DNA of 64,000 bases, taken from contig NW_026943823.1 of NCBI RefSeq assembly GCF_035594765.1, positions 14,322,001 through 14,386,000 of the forward strand, written 5' to 3'. This document shows, one piece after another, positions 1 to 12,444 of this stretch. Both the position numbers and the translations under genes were made by a program. The stretch is from Anolis carolinensis (lineage: Eukaryota). The notes beneath the pieces were generated by a model. It was not told the origin of the DNA and made no database searches. It was given only the letters and a program-made list of their open reading frames with translations. Numbering within the stretch: position 1 is the stretch's first letter; every line of letters begins with the position of its first letter.

Positions 1-47
1 AGACCACCAGACTTCACCACAGCAACGCGTGGCCGGGCACAGCTAGT
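1..47 (+). mobile_element. Probable Helitron 3' terminus
   Basis: gcaacgcgtggccgggcacagCTAG|t, GC-rich subterminal motif plus CTAG end; similar motif at ~34395-34420. Confidence 0.45.
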
Positions 48-708
48 ATGGTATAAAATATAATCAGTTCTCACAAACCAATTATCCCAATTAAAAAACA
101 AGATAAGTATGACAACATTTTTATTATGTTTATGTCGGATTCTTGCTTCTGTATTCACAAACAACCTTCTTAATTTGATGCCGCTGCTTGCTGCCTTGGA
201 ATCATCAGGGTTTCAGATTAATTCCTCAACATATTTGTCCTTGTTTGAAGCCATCTCACATGCTCCCGTTTCCCTCTCCCGCCATTCCTCTCCCTTTTCA
301 TCTACTTAGCTCTCCAAGCTTTACATTTCACAAGGGGGAGCAGGCACCAAATGGGTTGAAACCCAGTCATTACACCTCCTCCTTGCTTTGAGAAAAAGAT
401 AATCATTTGTTTTCCTTACAGATGGAAGCAGGAGCATTGAGTTGCTCTAAGATTACAAAAAGGAAATTCACAAAAAAAAAATCACAATGCCAGAGGCTTG
501 CTGTAATAATAATACTTTCCCCTTCCATAATGGGGGCAGTGGGGAGGAAGAAAGGTCAGCTATAGCATTAAGCTTCTTCTTTTTTTTCTTTTTTTTGCAT
601 CAGGATGGAATGAAGAACGAGATCACAGTTTCTGACCCAAGTGATAACACACATTTGCCCAGAGAATGGGTTGTTGATATTGGGAAGGCTCCTCTCATCT
701 CCAGGGAT

Positions 709-864
709 TCACTTATGTGGATTCAGAATCTGTGTTCTGCCTCGGTTGACCCACACAAGCCTAGGAGGTATCACACAAGCATTCAATCCCTGCCATATGT
801 GCCTTGGATCATCTGAAAGCTTAGGAAGGGTCTGGTGGATTTCTCCAATGAGGGTGAGAGAATC
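709..864 (-). CDS. C8orf48: C8orf48-like, terminal coding exon 5
   Basis: ttttag| DSLTLIGEIHQTLPKLSDDPRHIWQGLN...HK*; resembles DFLTRIGEAHQDFPRLSDDPRIIW; spliced CDS is 879 nt and open. Confidence 0.88.
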   Translation of the reverse strand, partial: DSLTLIGEIHQTLPKLSDDPRHIWQGLNACVIPPRLVWVNRGRTQILNPHK

Positions 865-906
865 CTAAAAGGAATGAGAGAGATCATCATCATCATCATC
901 ATCATC

Positions 907-1484
907 ATCGCACAGACTGACTACAAACAGAGGCACAACTACATGGCCCAAATGATTCATTGGAACTTATGCCTCAAGTACCACCTCCCTGCAGTAAAGA
1001 ACTGGTGGGATCACAAACCTGCAAAGGTAATGGAAAATGAACACGCAAAGATACTGTGGGACTTCCGAATCCAGACTGACAAAGTTCTGGAACACAACAC
1101 ACCAGACATCACAGTTGTGGAAAAGAAATAGGTTTGCATCATTGATGTCGTCATACCAGGTGACAGTCGGATTGATGAAAAACAACAGGAAAAACTCAGC
1201 CGCTATCAGGACCTCAAGATCGAACTTCAAAGACTCTGGCAGAAACCAGTACAGGTGGTCTTGGTAGTGATGGGCACACTGGATGCCGTGCCAAAAGATC
1301 TCAGCCAGCATTTGGAAACAATAGACATTGACAAAATTACGATCTGCCAACTGCAAAAGGCCACCCTACTGGGATCTGCGCGCATAATCCGAAAATACGC
1401 TTGGGAAGTATTCGACTTGTGATTTTGTGATACGAAATCCAGCATATCTATCTCGTTTGCTGTGTCAGACTATGTCATTGTGTC
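907..1484 (+). mobile_element. R4/Dong-clade non-LTR retrotransposon, 5'-truncated (restriction-like endonuclease end)
   Basis: RHN..IHWNLC..ILWDFRIQTD..PDITVV..IIDV motif; internal stop; (ATC)n 5' flank and (TAA)n 3' flank. Confidence 0.8.
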
Positions 1485-1533
<49 letters not shown>

Positions 1534-1536
<3 letters not shown>

Positions 1537-2390
1537 TATTTATATACCGCCCTATCTCCCAGAAGGGACTCAGGGCAGTTTAGAACAGTAATACACAGCA
1601 TATAATATATAATACATACAATACATAACAATATAAAAATAGATTATTACACAAAATAAAATGTTACACTAAAAATAGCAATCAATGATAATCACAACAG
1701 GTTCCAATCGGGGGGCGAGGGTCCATAATCCCATAGGTTAAACATGGTCCATAATCAGAAAAGATGAGACTATGCAGTATATATCGGGTCAAAGTCGGTG
1801 GGCTAACTAGAATGGATTCATTCGAACACCTGCTGAAACCACCAGGTTTTGAGCTCCTTACGAAAGGAATGCAGAGTAGGGGCCAACCTAATCTCCTTAG
1901 GGAGGGCATTCCAGAGCCGGGGTGCCACTACTGAGAAGGCCTGCTCCCTCATCCCCACCAAACTTATTTGTGACAGCGGCGGGAGCGAGAGGAGGGCCTC
2001 CCCAGCAGATCTCGAGAACCGCACCGGTTCATAGGGGAAGATGCGGTCACGGAGATAGGCAGGGCCCGAGCCATATAGGGCCCGGCAAGTTATCGGCAGC
2101 CAGTAGAGCTGCTTTAATAGGGGCGTTGTGCACTCCCTATAACCAGCTGCAGTTAGAAAACTGGACCACCATGGCCAAGTCAGACTTCTCAAGGTATGGT
2201 TGAAGCTGGCGCACAAGCTTTAATTGTGAAAAGGACCTCCCGGCCACCGCCGACACCTGGGGTTCAAGCATCAGCGATGAGTCAAAGAGGACCCCCAGAC
2301 TGCGGACCTGTGCCCTCAGGGGGAGTGCAACCCTGTCGAGCACAGGTTGCCACCCAATACCTCGATTAATCCCACGACTGACCACAATAT
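1534..2390 (-). mobile_element. L2-type LINE 3' fragment
   Basis: LYWLP..GPAYLRDR..AFSVVAPRLWNALP..FRKELKT C-terminus and ccgccctgagtccc-type 3' tail. Confidence 0.75.
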
Positions 2391-3501
2391 CTGCTTTGAA
2401 CTGGGTTATCTGAGTCCACATTGCCCTATATCCCAGTTCAATGTTTGGTGCTAAATTCGCAAATATAGTAATTCCTACATAACATTACCATGTATTGAAC
2501 TGCTTTTTCTGTTGATTTGTTGTAATACATGTTTTTTGGTGCTTAATTTGTAAAATCATAATGTAATTTGATGTTTAATAGGTTTTTCCTTAATCCCTCC
2601 TTATTATCCAACATTTTTGCTTATCCAACGCTTTTATTTTTCAATGATTGGGTTTTTTTTGGGGGGGGGGCAAAATTCTGTTTGCTTACACTTGAAAATT
2701 ACCTAGGGTCGGCCCTGCCTAGGGTCACATTCTGACTACACAATTCGGGACCAAGAATCAATCTTGTAAGTTTTTTACAGATTCATGGACTGCGCTCTCT
2801 GAAAAGCAGCCATAGCATAGTTTGGCATTTCAGCACTCTCTGGTCACAAGCTTTTGTATTGGTGTTTCCTTGGTTCATTTGAAAGATTGCAGTGAGGAAG
2901 AAATTGCCCTGGATCATTCCACAGTTAAGTTCCCAAGAGAAGAGCGTTCATATACCAGAATGATGTAATGCCACTAAACCTAAATTGAGCCCTCTATAGT
3001 GCCTACAGTCAGACCAATATTCTCCAAGAGAATAAAAATCATTCCAAGCGCCCCAATCTGTATGGAGTTATAGTTGTATTCAGCAAGTTGGGTTCTTTCA
3101 GAAAGTAAATAAACCATGGGGAAATTCATTCAATGAATCTCAAAATCTTGAAGACACAGTAACATTATTGTGAGGAATAACATTAGGGAAGATATAATAG
3201 TACTACTACTAGTAGTAATATCCAACTTTTCCAAAGACTCATGAAAACATGAAAACTGCCAAGTTAGTTTCACACATTTTGGGTGAAATACCTTTTTCAA
3301 CTAAAAAAAGGTGTTACTCAGCTCAAGCAAAGCTCTGTGAATTCCTGGTCTCAGTCCAGCTAAGCTGAATCAAGAGCTGGGTGTTAGATCAAGACTTTAT
3401 GCCAATCCCATTAAAGCTACGGTCTGCTTCAGTTGGGACAATCAGTAGGATTTAGAGTGATCAGGAATTATTGGGAAGCTTGCAAAAATGTCATGACTTA
3501 C

Positions 3502-3654
3502 CCTGGTGTACATATATTCTTCCAGTTTCTCTTGGAGCAATACCTTTTCCATCAAGGCCTTCCTGCGTCTGAGGAAATCAGATTCTGCCAGCTCTGCTCT
3601 TTTCTCCATGCATTGTGGACACCGTGAGGGTTGATGTATTTCGATTACTGATAA
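3502..3654 (-). CDS. C8orf48: C8orf48-like, coding exon 4
   Basis: cctcag|...AGG|gtaagt, 153 bp, phase 0-0; LSVIEIHQPSRCPQCMEKRAELAESDFLRRRKALMEKVLLQEKLEENMYTR (HxxxxCPxC..KRAELA motif). Confidence 0.9.
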
Positions 3655-4360
3655 CTGAGGGGCAAAACCAACAAATAACCAAGACTTTCACCAGAAATAA
3701 TGGCTGGTCTTCGACATCAGCTGCTTAGTTGTGTTTGTATTAACTAAGTCATGCCTTCTGGCTCGATCTCCACAAAACCTATAAGCAGAATCAGCAGCAC
3801 CAAGAGGAAGAGGTCTGTGTTATTATGATCCTGAATGCTAGCCAATGTCTAAGCTCAACCTCTCAATAGATTATCCTTGCTAATAAACTATTTCCACAAA
3901 ACCAGTGCAATAAACAAGGCTAAATTACACTTATTAAAAGACAACGACGTATGTTACATTTGGATTTCCCTAAGTCAGTGGTTCTCTGGGGAGCCCTTGG
4001 AGATCCACGAAGCATACCGAGGGGCTCTGCAGTTCCCTCCTCTTCTCCATCTGTCGGGGATGCTTTGATTATGCTTTTCCTGCATGGCAGGAGGGGGTTG
4101 ACTGGATGGCCCCTGGGGTCCACTGACATACCATCAAATTTATGTTGGTTAAAATTGTTTTTCATTTTAAATATTGTATTGTTCTTTCCTTCCTTTTTTG
4201 CACTACAAACAAGACATGTGCAGTGTAAATAGGAATTTGTTCATATTTTTTCAATTAGTTCACACAAACACTCTCCATCCATCTGCCACTGACCCAGCCT
4301 GCCTGTCAAATTTTAAAACACAATGCATCAAAAAGTTTTCCCATACCTGATATATATATA

Positions 4361-4687
4361 GGTAAAGGTAAAGGTTTCCCCTGACGTTAAGTCCAGCCGT
4401 GTCCGACTCTGGGGGTTGGTGCTGATCTCCATTTCTAAGCCAAAGAGCCAGCGTTGTCCGTAGACACCTCCAAGGTCATGTGGTCATGACTGCATGGAGC
4501 ACCATTACCTTCCCACCGGAGCGGTACCTATTGATCTACTCACATTGGCATGTTTTCGAACTGCTAGGTTGGCAGGAGCTGGAGCTAACAGCGGGTGCTC
4601 ACGCCGCTCCCGGCGTTTGAACCTGGGACCTTTTGATCTGCAAGTTCAGCAGCTCAGTGCTTTAACACACTTCGCCACTGGGGCTCT
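4361..4687 (-). mobile_element. Sauria SINE
   Basis: tRNA-like head, (ACCTTT)n tail. Confidence 0.85.
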
Positions 4688-5089
4688 TTGATATATATAT
4701 GGTGTATATATTATATAAACATATCTTGGGGCTCCACAAAAATCTTTTGCTTCCGAAAGGACTCCGCAGCTAAAAAAGTTTGAGAACCCCTGCCCTAAAT
4801 AATATCCTACAAGAAAAACAGTTTTACTTAAGGCTAATCTTACTTTTGGAACTGTCTTTATTACAAATGCAGGTCTATATGAGTTTCTTCTTACAGCAAG
4901 CCAATATGCCCCCAAACAATTGTTACTTTTATCTAATTTTGAAAAATAACCTTAAAAAATAAAAGCTTGTGTGAGTGTGTGTGTATCCATCTTCTCAGAA
5001 GAAATCCTGAAATATTTGCCAATGCTGCAAGCCTACACTGTTGATCTTTTTAGGAGTTATTGCTTCTGTTAGATTTCTTTTTTTAGTAC

Positions 5090-5331
5090 CTGTTTCAGGG
5101 TCTCCTTGATATTTTTCAGACAGAGTCTGTTCACTAACTGATCAGGGACAATGCAGTTGATATCACCCATCGTCAACTTCTCAGAAGTGCGTCTGTGGCT
5201 CTGATCCTTATACTTGCTCCTCTTTGGTGGTGCCAAACTTGGCGGATGATGAAGCCAGTTAATCTTGACAGCACAGAAAGATTGGAGTGCTCCCAGTTCT
5301 TCCTCCGAAGCCTCAGGAATCCGCGTCAGTG
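5090..5331 (-). CDS. C8orf48: C8orf48-like, coding exon 3
   Basis: tgcag|...CAG|gtact; LTRIPEASEEELGALQSFCAVKINWLH...NCIVPDQLVNRLCLKNIKETLKQ resembles EELNALQSYCTMKINLIH...CTVPDELLNRIYFKN (recalled); absent from the ORF track. Confidence 0.88.
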
Positions 5332-6953
5332 CTGCACCAGCCAGACAAAAATATCAATTACTCTTTGAAGGGCAGGAGGAACAGCATCAGCTTTCCATCT
5401 GTGCAACCTGTTCTCGAGAATTAGCATTCGCGAAGCGTAAGAGAGCAATTTCAGAGCTCACCGTGGTATCAAGGACAAAAGACAAGACCCTCCATGGAGA
5501 GAGGTGAGGATGGCAAAGGCAAATGGAAATGAACAATGGCAGGAAAAGTATGTGCCGTCGGAAGAATGAGACAGTTGAGGTCAGAGCAGAGATTGCGATA
5601 ATTAAGAGAAAATGGAAATGCAGTAAACACAAGTGACACAGAAAAAGCCCTTAATACAAGACATTCATTTGAATGCTTATGGATAATCATTTAACTAATT
5701 CCATTTAGCCAAAAAGTACATTACAGGTAAGCAAAACAAATGAAAATGTCAGAGGATAAACTCCTGGTCCAAAGGTGCATCTACACTGCACAATTAATGT
5801 AGTCTGACACTACTTTAACTGTCATGGCTCAGTGTTAAAGAATCCTGGGAGCTGTAGTCTGGTGAGTTGGGTTAGGACATATTTCAGTTATGGGGAAGGA
5901 GAAGTGGAAAGAGGGGGAATTAAATAATGGGCACTTTGGGGCTTCTATTGTGCCATTAACCAAGCATTAGATAAAGCATTTCAGTTACTCTGCCTGGAAA
6001 CCATTAGGACCGTTAATGTCATAAGGAAAGGAGCACAACTTTAGAGGGATTTCTAAAGGGTTGGTCTCAGCCTCAGGGCTCCCTAAACGAACCACAGAAG
6101 TAACCTAACCCTGGTGGATTGGGATTTAGCAAAAGACCAGGAAAAATGGGAGAAGACTAAAAGTACTGTTGACTAAGTTTGACACTCCGCACTGCAGGCA
6201 TTTAAACAGATATTACAAACCACTCCAGTTTTATTGAAGGGCTTTGTCAGCAAGAGTTTTTTGCCTTCATGATTTAGGAACTCGAATGGGGGACTTCTGA
6301 GGGAGCTCAAGAGGCAGCCGCTTGAGTCAGGTTTCAAAGTATTATAGTGAGGCTGGATTATGGCTTTACATTTTATTATTCTTCTTTTTTGAATGATTCA
6401 CCTGAAAAGTAATACTTCAAATGTACAAATTGCTCCATTATCCCAAAGCTTACTGAGTGGGCCTTAATTATCCTTCAGCTAATCTTCAATTATGCATAAA
6501 AACGATTAAGCATTTATTCCTACCCAGTTCCAAGTAGATAAAACAAATTGTAAGCAGCTCCCCTGGCTGCAAACGCCAACGTCCTATTAAATTCCAAGAG
6601 AGACAATTTTGGACTCTGGAACATAAAAGCAGCAGCAGTTATTTCATGCAGGTTATTGTTCTGCCTTCAGAGAGGCAGCCTGAAGACACTGCTGCTATGA
6701 TTAAGGATATATTGCTAAACCCAAATATAGCTCCAAATATAGAGTGCCTGCAAGGAACCTGGGAAAAACGTAATAATTTTATACAACACATTGATTTTAT
6801 ACTTCTGACAAAAAATCTCGCTATGGCTAAAACTGTTTCTGTGGAGATCTTTATAGGTTAAACACAAGGTTTTCAATCTGCAAACAGAAGTAGAAGCCAG
6901 GGAGATGGGGTTTTAGCACAGATAGAGGGTGACACACTGTATATGATATAAAA

Positions 6954-7249
6954 AGGTTGAGTATCCCTCACTCAAAATGCTTGGAACCAGAAGAATTCAT
7001 ATTTTAGAATACTTGCAAATGCCATAATGAGAAGTCTGGCAGACTTGCGGCTCAAATCTAAACATGAGATTCATTTATGTTTCACACAAATCTTATATAT
7101 CCAGCCTGAAAGTCATTTTACACATATTATTAATAATGTGCATGAAACAAAGTCTGTGTCCATTGAACCATAAGAAATCAAAGGTGTCACTATCTCAGCC
7201 ACAATTGCTGGATGATTTGGGAGCATTGGATTGTGAGGAATACTCAACT
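6954..7249. mobile_element. Tigger-like MITE
   Basis: aggttgagtat ... atactcaact termini. Confidence 0.55.
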
Positions 7250-8159
7250 TGCACACACGTAAGTTTCATTTGCCACTGTTTTGGGGCACCACAAGGGATG
7301 GCATTTCCTTCCACTATGTGTCACATCCAGTCTCCATCCCACATGAGACAACAACCTCTGAAATATGTCGGCTATTATACAGGACTGCAGCTCAAGCGTG
7401 GTCCATGCGGCTTATTACAGCCGGCCAATCTTCTGACTGGTCAATTTTGGCATCATTCAATCGGGTTCCTGTTCTGCTTCCCTATAATCATGGTGGAAAA
7501 GGCAATTCTAGATTTCTTGCAAACAGCCCTTTGCTGGAGGCACAGCAAGTGCGCTCACACCTGGGAAGCACCCTGATGCTATGGCAACCAAATGCAAAAA
7601 CTGAAAGAAGGTTGCTTCGTGCCATACAAAGGACACATCTCTTGAGGCAGTTGAGTCAAGAGCCAAAGAATAAAAAACCTGCAAGGACAGGACTAGGGAA
7701 ACAAACAGATGAACCCCTTTTTCCAGCTCTGTCATTTTTCGCAGTGAGTTATCTATCACTCTAAATCTATTAAAGTTAAGAGGATTTTTAGGATGAAATT
7801 AAAAATATAAAAGAGGCCAAAAACCCCAAGTGATGCGCCACTACCTGGAGGATAGAGTTTTACCCTAGCATCCATTCTACAATCATAAGGACCAAAAATA
7901 TTATTATAGACAATTCTGAAAGCAAGAAATTGTCAGAAACAGAAGGAGGCTGCTGATCAGAAGGGGGAAAAAAGGCCCTTATATGCAGATGGAAGACAAT
8001 CATGGCCTTGGCCATGGGGTTGCTTGAATATTCTGAAGAGAGGAAGGGAAATATGAGAGAGAGAGAGAGACAGGTGCCAGCCAGTCAACAGCGGAAGTGT
8101 TTGAAGAGAAAAATTAGTGTTTTCTTTCAGCTTCCAAGTGACTCTAAACATGAACTCAC

Positions 8160-8285
8160 CATTAGCTGGTTCCACAGCAGATCTGGCAACCACAGCTGTA
8201 GTTTTGTAGACGTTCAGGCGATTGATCCACTTGCTAGTTAAATACTCCCTGGCTGCTGCTGGATCCAAAATGTCTCTCTTCTTTA
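8160..8285 (-). CDS. C8orf48: C8orf48-like, coding exon 2
   Basis: acceptor cgtag|, donor G|GTGAGT, phase 1-1; KKRDILDPAAAREYLTSKWINRLNVYK... resembles the recalled LSKKWINYLK segment. Confidence 0.8.
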
Positions 8286-9867
8286 CTACGTTTTTAAAAA
8301 AAGTGGAGAGATGTCTGTATGAATATTGTATGGTTTTTAAACTGTACCAAACTTAATAATTTTAGGTCAATTTGAGCCACATTACTGTATGACAGTGTCC
8401 CAAAATCTATGTGGGTTGCAGGGAGTTTATTCGCTTCCTACTCCAAAGGACTGCTGCTGCTGGTGAGCTACGCTGTGAGATCTCCCGCCAGCCTCTCAGG
8501 GGGACTGGAGCAAATGTAAGATGTAAGATGGTTCCAAGAAACCCCCAGCTCGGGCACAAGATAAAAGGCAGATTCCAGATAAAAGACTGGCCACTAGGAG
8601 GCTCCTCTGTCCCAGGCTGGAGGCTCGCTGCCCTCCGGTCCGGCAGGCCAGCGGCAAATGGCCCCAGGGTCTCTCCTGCTGTTCCAAGAGAAACCCCCAG
8701 TAACTGTAAACAGTGAATTGATTCTAAGACCTCGCCATTGGTACTAAAATTTTCAGATGCTCAAGTCCTATTATATCCAATGCCATAGTAAAATCACACT
8801 TTGCTTTTTGTATTCCCCCCCCCAATAAAAATGAAATGAAATGAAAATATTTGGTTGAATCAGTGGATGCTTAACCCATAGATACTGAGAGACAACTTTA
8901 CTTTAAATCAAGCATGTATTGGACACACAACCATCCTGTGCACTCTTTCCTGAAAGTTAAGTTTTGGTGAACTTTTAAGGCTTTACATCTGGGTAATGTA
9001 TGCTTCCAATTGTTTAGCATTAGCCAGGTTCCATACGGATGCTTATTTAGAATTAATACCACTCTTTATGGTTATTGTGTACTTGCAAGTAGTTTCAAAC
9101 TTATGGAGATGCGCCTGGCCAAATTTGTACAGGGGGGGTTGCCCTTCCTCTGAGGCTGAGAGAGTGGAACTTGCCCAAGGCCACCTAGTAGGTTTCCACA
9201 GTCAAGAGAGGATTCGAACCTTTGTCTCCCAGTTTCCTAGTCCAAGGTCCAAGCCACTACTCCTGCCCCATGCCAATCTCCCCTCTGCTACAAATAATTT
9301 GGCTGTACACTACAAACAGAGAGTGGGCTTATGTGAGAAAAAAAAATCTGTGTAAAGCCTTCACTGCTGCCTTTGATCAAGCAATTATTAATGCACTGGT
9401 GTGAAAGGACATGACAAAACAGAACTTGGTGTGGGTGCACAATCTGTCGTTTTACTCTTATATTAGTTGCCACCTACAGATCACCTCATTTTCTCCCATA
9501 TAACCACCACCAGAGCCCACAGCTGCTGGGCAGAAAAAGGGTGCTAAGGATTGTTTCTATTTAGTCCCATGATGAGCTCTCAAAACCCACAAAGGGTACA
9601 AGCCAAGAGACATACATTACTGCCTAATTGTGGGAGTTGAAGTCTAAAACACCTGGACGGCTGACATTTGCACATGCCTGATCTACACTGTGGAATTAAC
9701 ACAGTTTGACATCATTTGGACTGCCAGGACTCAATGCTAAGTAATGCCAGGAGTCGAACTTGGTGAGGCTTGGCAGAGAAGGCTAAAGGTCTTTTAAAAT
9801 GACAACTCCCAGGATTTAATGGCATGTTAAGGTGGTGTCAAACTTCATTCCTTCTACAGTGTAGTTC

Positions 9868-11810
9868 AGTAGGTCCCAACCTGTGGTCCGTGGACCAATG
9901 GTCCCCAAGAATTAAAATATGGTCCACAGCCTCACCGTTACGACACCGCTATGAGAGCTACTGGTCTTGCAAAACCCTTTCCTAGTGCCAAGGAAAGAGG
10001 GATATCAGGAGGGGAGAGGCTAACTACCCACGAAAGGCGCAACAACAAGTCTCCTGACTGCTGCTTTTCCTCCTCCCTCCCTCCCTCCCTCCCTTTGAGC
10101 GGAGCCATTCCATGTGGCACCTGGAAGTGGGGGCGCCTTGGTGTCTTTGTTTTTAGGCCTGTTCTGGGGGTTATTTGGGGCGCTGATTCAGAAAATTACA
10201 TTGGTTAGACCACATCAGCCCTATATTAAATATGGTTTTCTGTGGGCAAGCAGATGGCGACTATATTAATAGTTGGTTAATTCACCTTGTTGGGCGAGTG
10301 GGCTTATTAACAAAAGACCCTCCCCATAAATGTATAGCAGAGTAACTTATTAGCAGCAGCATGACCCAGCACCAGTAGTCAAAAATGATCAAAAGAACAA
10401 AAACACACAGACCAATGTTATCTCTTCCTTGGGAGGCGTTTCTTTGTAGCAAAATAATATGGTGGCACTATTTACAAAAACAAGGTTTCATAACACAAAT
10501 AAAGTTCCTTCTTTGCTTCCACGTTGGGCTTCTTTCTCATGCAGGTAAACAGCTTTTAGCTTCGCTCTGATAGAGCGTCCTCTCACACCAAACGTACACA
10601 GGAGCTTCACACAGGAGCTTTACACACAAAGCCTTCAACCTGGGGCTGTTCTCACCAAAGCTTCTCACACCAGGCCTTCTCACACTGAGGCCTTTTCACA
10701 CAGGTGCCTCTTTCACTGAGGCTATTAACACTGAGGTCTATTAACTACTGGATGGCATATGTTCTGCATCAGAAACAATCTGATCTGGGGGTTTCTTGGA
10801 ACCATCTTACATTTGCTCCTGTAAGATAGGTTTTGCCCCACACAAGCTAATAAATTTTGGGGCTAAAGTGTGCTCAATTGTATATCAAAGAGCCCTCGAC
10901 ATTGCTGCACAAAATGATCTTATGATCATAGCGCAAGCTAGAGCCACTCCATACCTGGCCAAATTTAAATGCAATGTGGGCATGGAAACCTACCTCTTCT
11001 TGACTCTTCCATTATATATTACAAAACGTTTTACCCGGACTAGATTCGAGCAGCTCGACATTAAGTCCAAGCTAGGTAGACATCAGAATATCCCCTATAT
11101 GCAGAGAACCTGTGGGTGTCGTGAGGTAGATGCAGAAGTGGAGGACTCAGAACATTTTTTCTTAAAATGCCCCTACTACACCAGGATTCGATCTCTCTAC
11201 TTAGACCCTCTGCTGGAGAATCATACTCACTTAGAGAATAAGGAGAAATTGCATATCCTTCTACAGGGTTCAGATAAAAACTCGATTTTAAAACTGGCCC
11301 TTTTTACGCAAAAAGCGCTGGCCATTCGTGAGAAGATGGAAGTTGAGAGCTGATACATTACTGCCATTAACAAAATCCAAACTTAAAATTTACTATGGAC
11401 AAGATACTTGTTTTATTTACCCTTGTCCTCGTTCAAACCTTACCTTAGGAAATTACTAATTTTAACTTTTTTACTCTGTATTTGTCTAGCAGCGGGTTAT
11501 TAGGCCGCAGGTCGGGGTGTTTTGTATCTCTACATGGTTTTATTGTATGTATGTGTAAGTGTGTACGTATTGTATTTTTTACATGTTTTGATATGGTCAA
11601 AAGTGACTAATCAATAAAGAATTGTTGTTGTTGTTTCTTATTTCACCATGCATCAGAAACGAGAGCTGATGTGGTCTATCTAATGCAATTTTCTGAATCA
11701 GCACCTGAAACCGAATCTAAAGTTGACCAAAAACTCATTCGTAACCCTTTTGGTACTAATGTTGGAGAGTGGCCCCCAGTTAAAAAAAAAAAAAGGCTCG
11801 GAACCACTGG
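9868..11810. mobile_element. hAT-like non-autonomous element, interrupted by two insertions
   Basis: cagtaggtcccaacc...ggaaccactg termini; related piece at 13790-14045. Confidence 0.55.
10796..11635 (+). mobile_element. LINE ORF2 3' fragment (RTE-X/CR1-group-like) nested in a hAT MITE
   Basis: R..L..GR...RTCGC..VEDSEHFFLKCPYY..IR CCHC motif; AATAAA + (TTG)n tail. Confidence 0.65.
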
Positions 11811-11868
11811 TGTAGATGCACCCTAAGTCTCCTCCCCAAAGTCAAACTCTACTGGCAGCTGGACACAC

Positions 11869-12070
11869 CTTCGCTGTTTTGACCTGAAGACTGATTAGTG
11901 TTTTCAGACCAATCCGAGGCAGCAGACCATTCGGAGTCCTTCCCAGAGGAATAGGAAGCGAACGGGTCACTGTCATATTCTCTGCAGGTTTCTTCTTCTT
12001 CGCTGAAGGATGTAAATGTATCCTCAGAATAATCCGGAATTGAGCTGCTTTGGTTCCAGTTCAGCTCCAT
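11869..12070 (-). CDS. C8orf48: C8orf48 (DUF4606)-like, coding exon 1 of 5
   Basis: cagATGG start with an upstream in-frame stop; acidic Ser-rich MELNWNQSSSIPDYSEDTFTSFSEEEE...QNSE; phase-1 donor G|GTGTGT matches the next exon; CpG-rich upstream region. Confidence 0.7.
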
Positions 12071-12193
12071 CTGTTCTTCATTGCTCCAAGGAGCCGTCTG
12101 TCCGACTGGTCACAACAGGACTCACCGAAATCTTGACGGGGTTTCAAACGAGGCTTCCTTTCCAGGCCTGGCTTCCTCCTGCAGGCCTATCGC

Positions 12194-12207
12194 GTCGCCA
12201 CGGCAAC
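12194..12207. promoter_or_regulatory. RFX X-box in the C8orf48-like promoter
   Basis: GTCGCCACGGCAAC, a near-palindromic X-box ~125 bp upstream of the ATG in a CpG-rich stretch. Confidence 0.6.
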
Positions 12208-12444
12208 CGCTGAGCAGCGTCGGTAACGCTCTTTATTGTCCCCCGGAACATAGTCCTAACGCACTCCGGTTCCGCTCTGGGAGGCTTCCTCCCAGACGCT
12301 GGAACAGAATCCCCATTGTTTCGGGAACGTCGCTTCTTCTTGTTGCTGTTGCTGCGGTTTCTTCTTCTTTTCCACCATCCCTCCCTCTCTACCCCCCCCC
12401 CCCTTGCGGCCTTCGCCCGGATAAAGGAACAGTACCCCCCCCTT

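Noticed and set aside
4494-4691. Recurrent MERxYLPAGAVPIDLLT ORFs
   Set aside because: Antisense translations of Sauria SINE copies
7064-7764. Two ~170-aa plus-strand ORFs
   Set aside because: Partly within a Tigger-like MITE, intronic and antisense to C8orf48, no motif
10263-10746. Possible solo LTR inside the hAT MITE
   Set aside because: Clearly an insertion, but termini and TSD are ambiguous, so it is left unclassified
11820-12440. First read as an LTR fragment with a polypurine tract, because the acidic ORF resembles the one in the solo LTR
   Set aside because: Splice phase, protein continuity and the CpG/X-box context fit exon 1 and the promoter of the C8orf48-like gene
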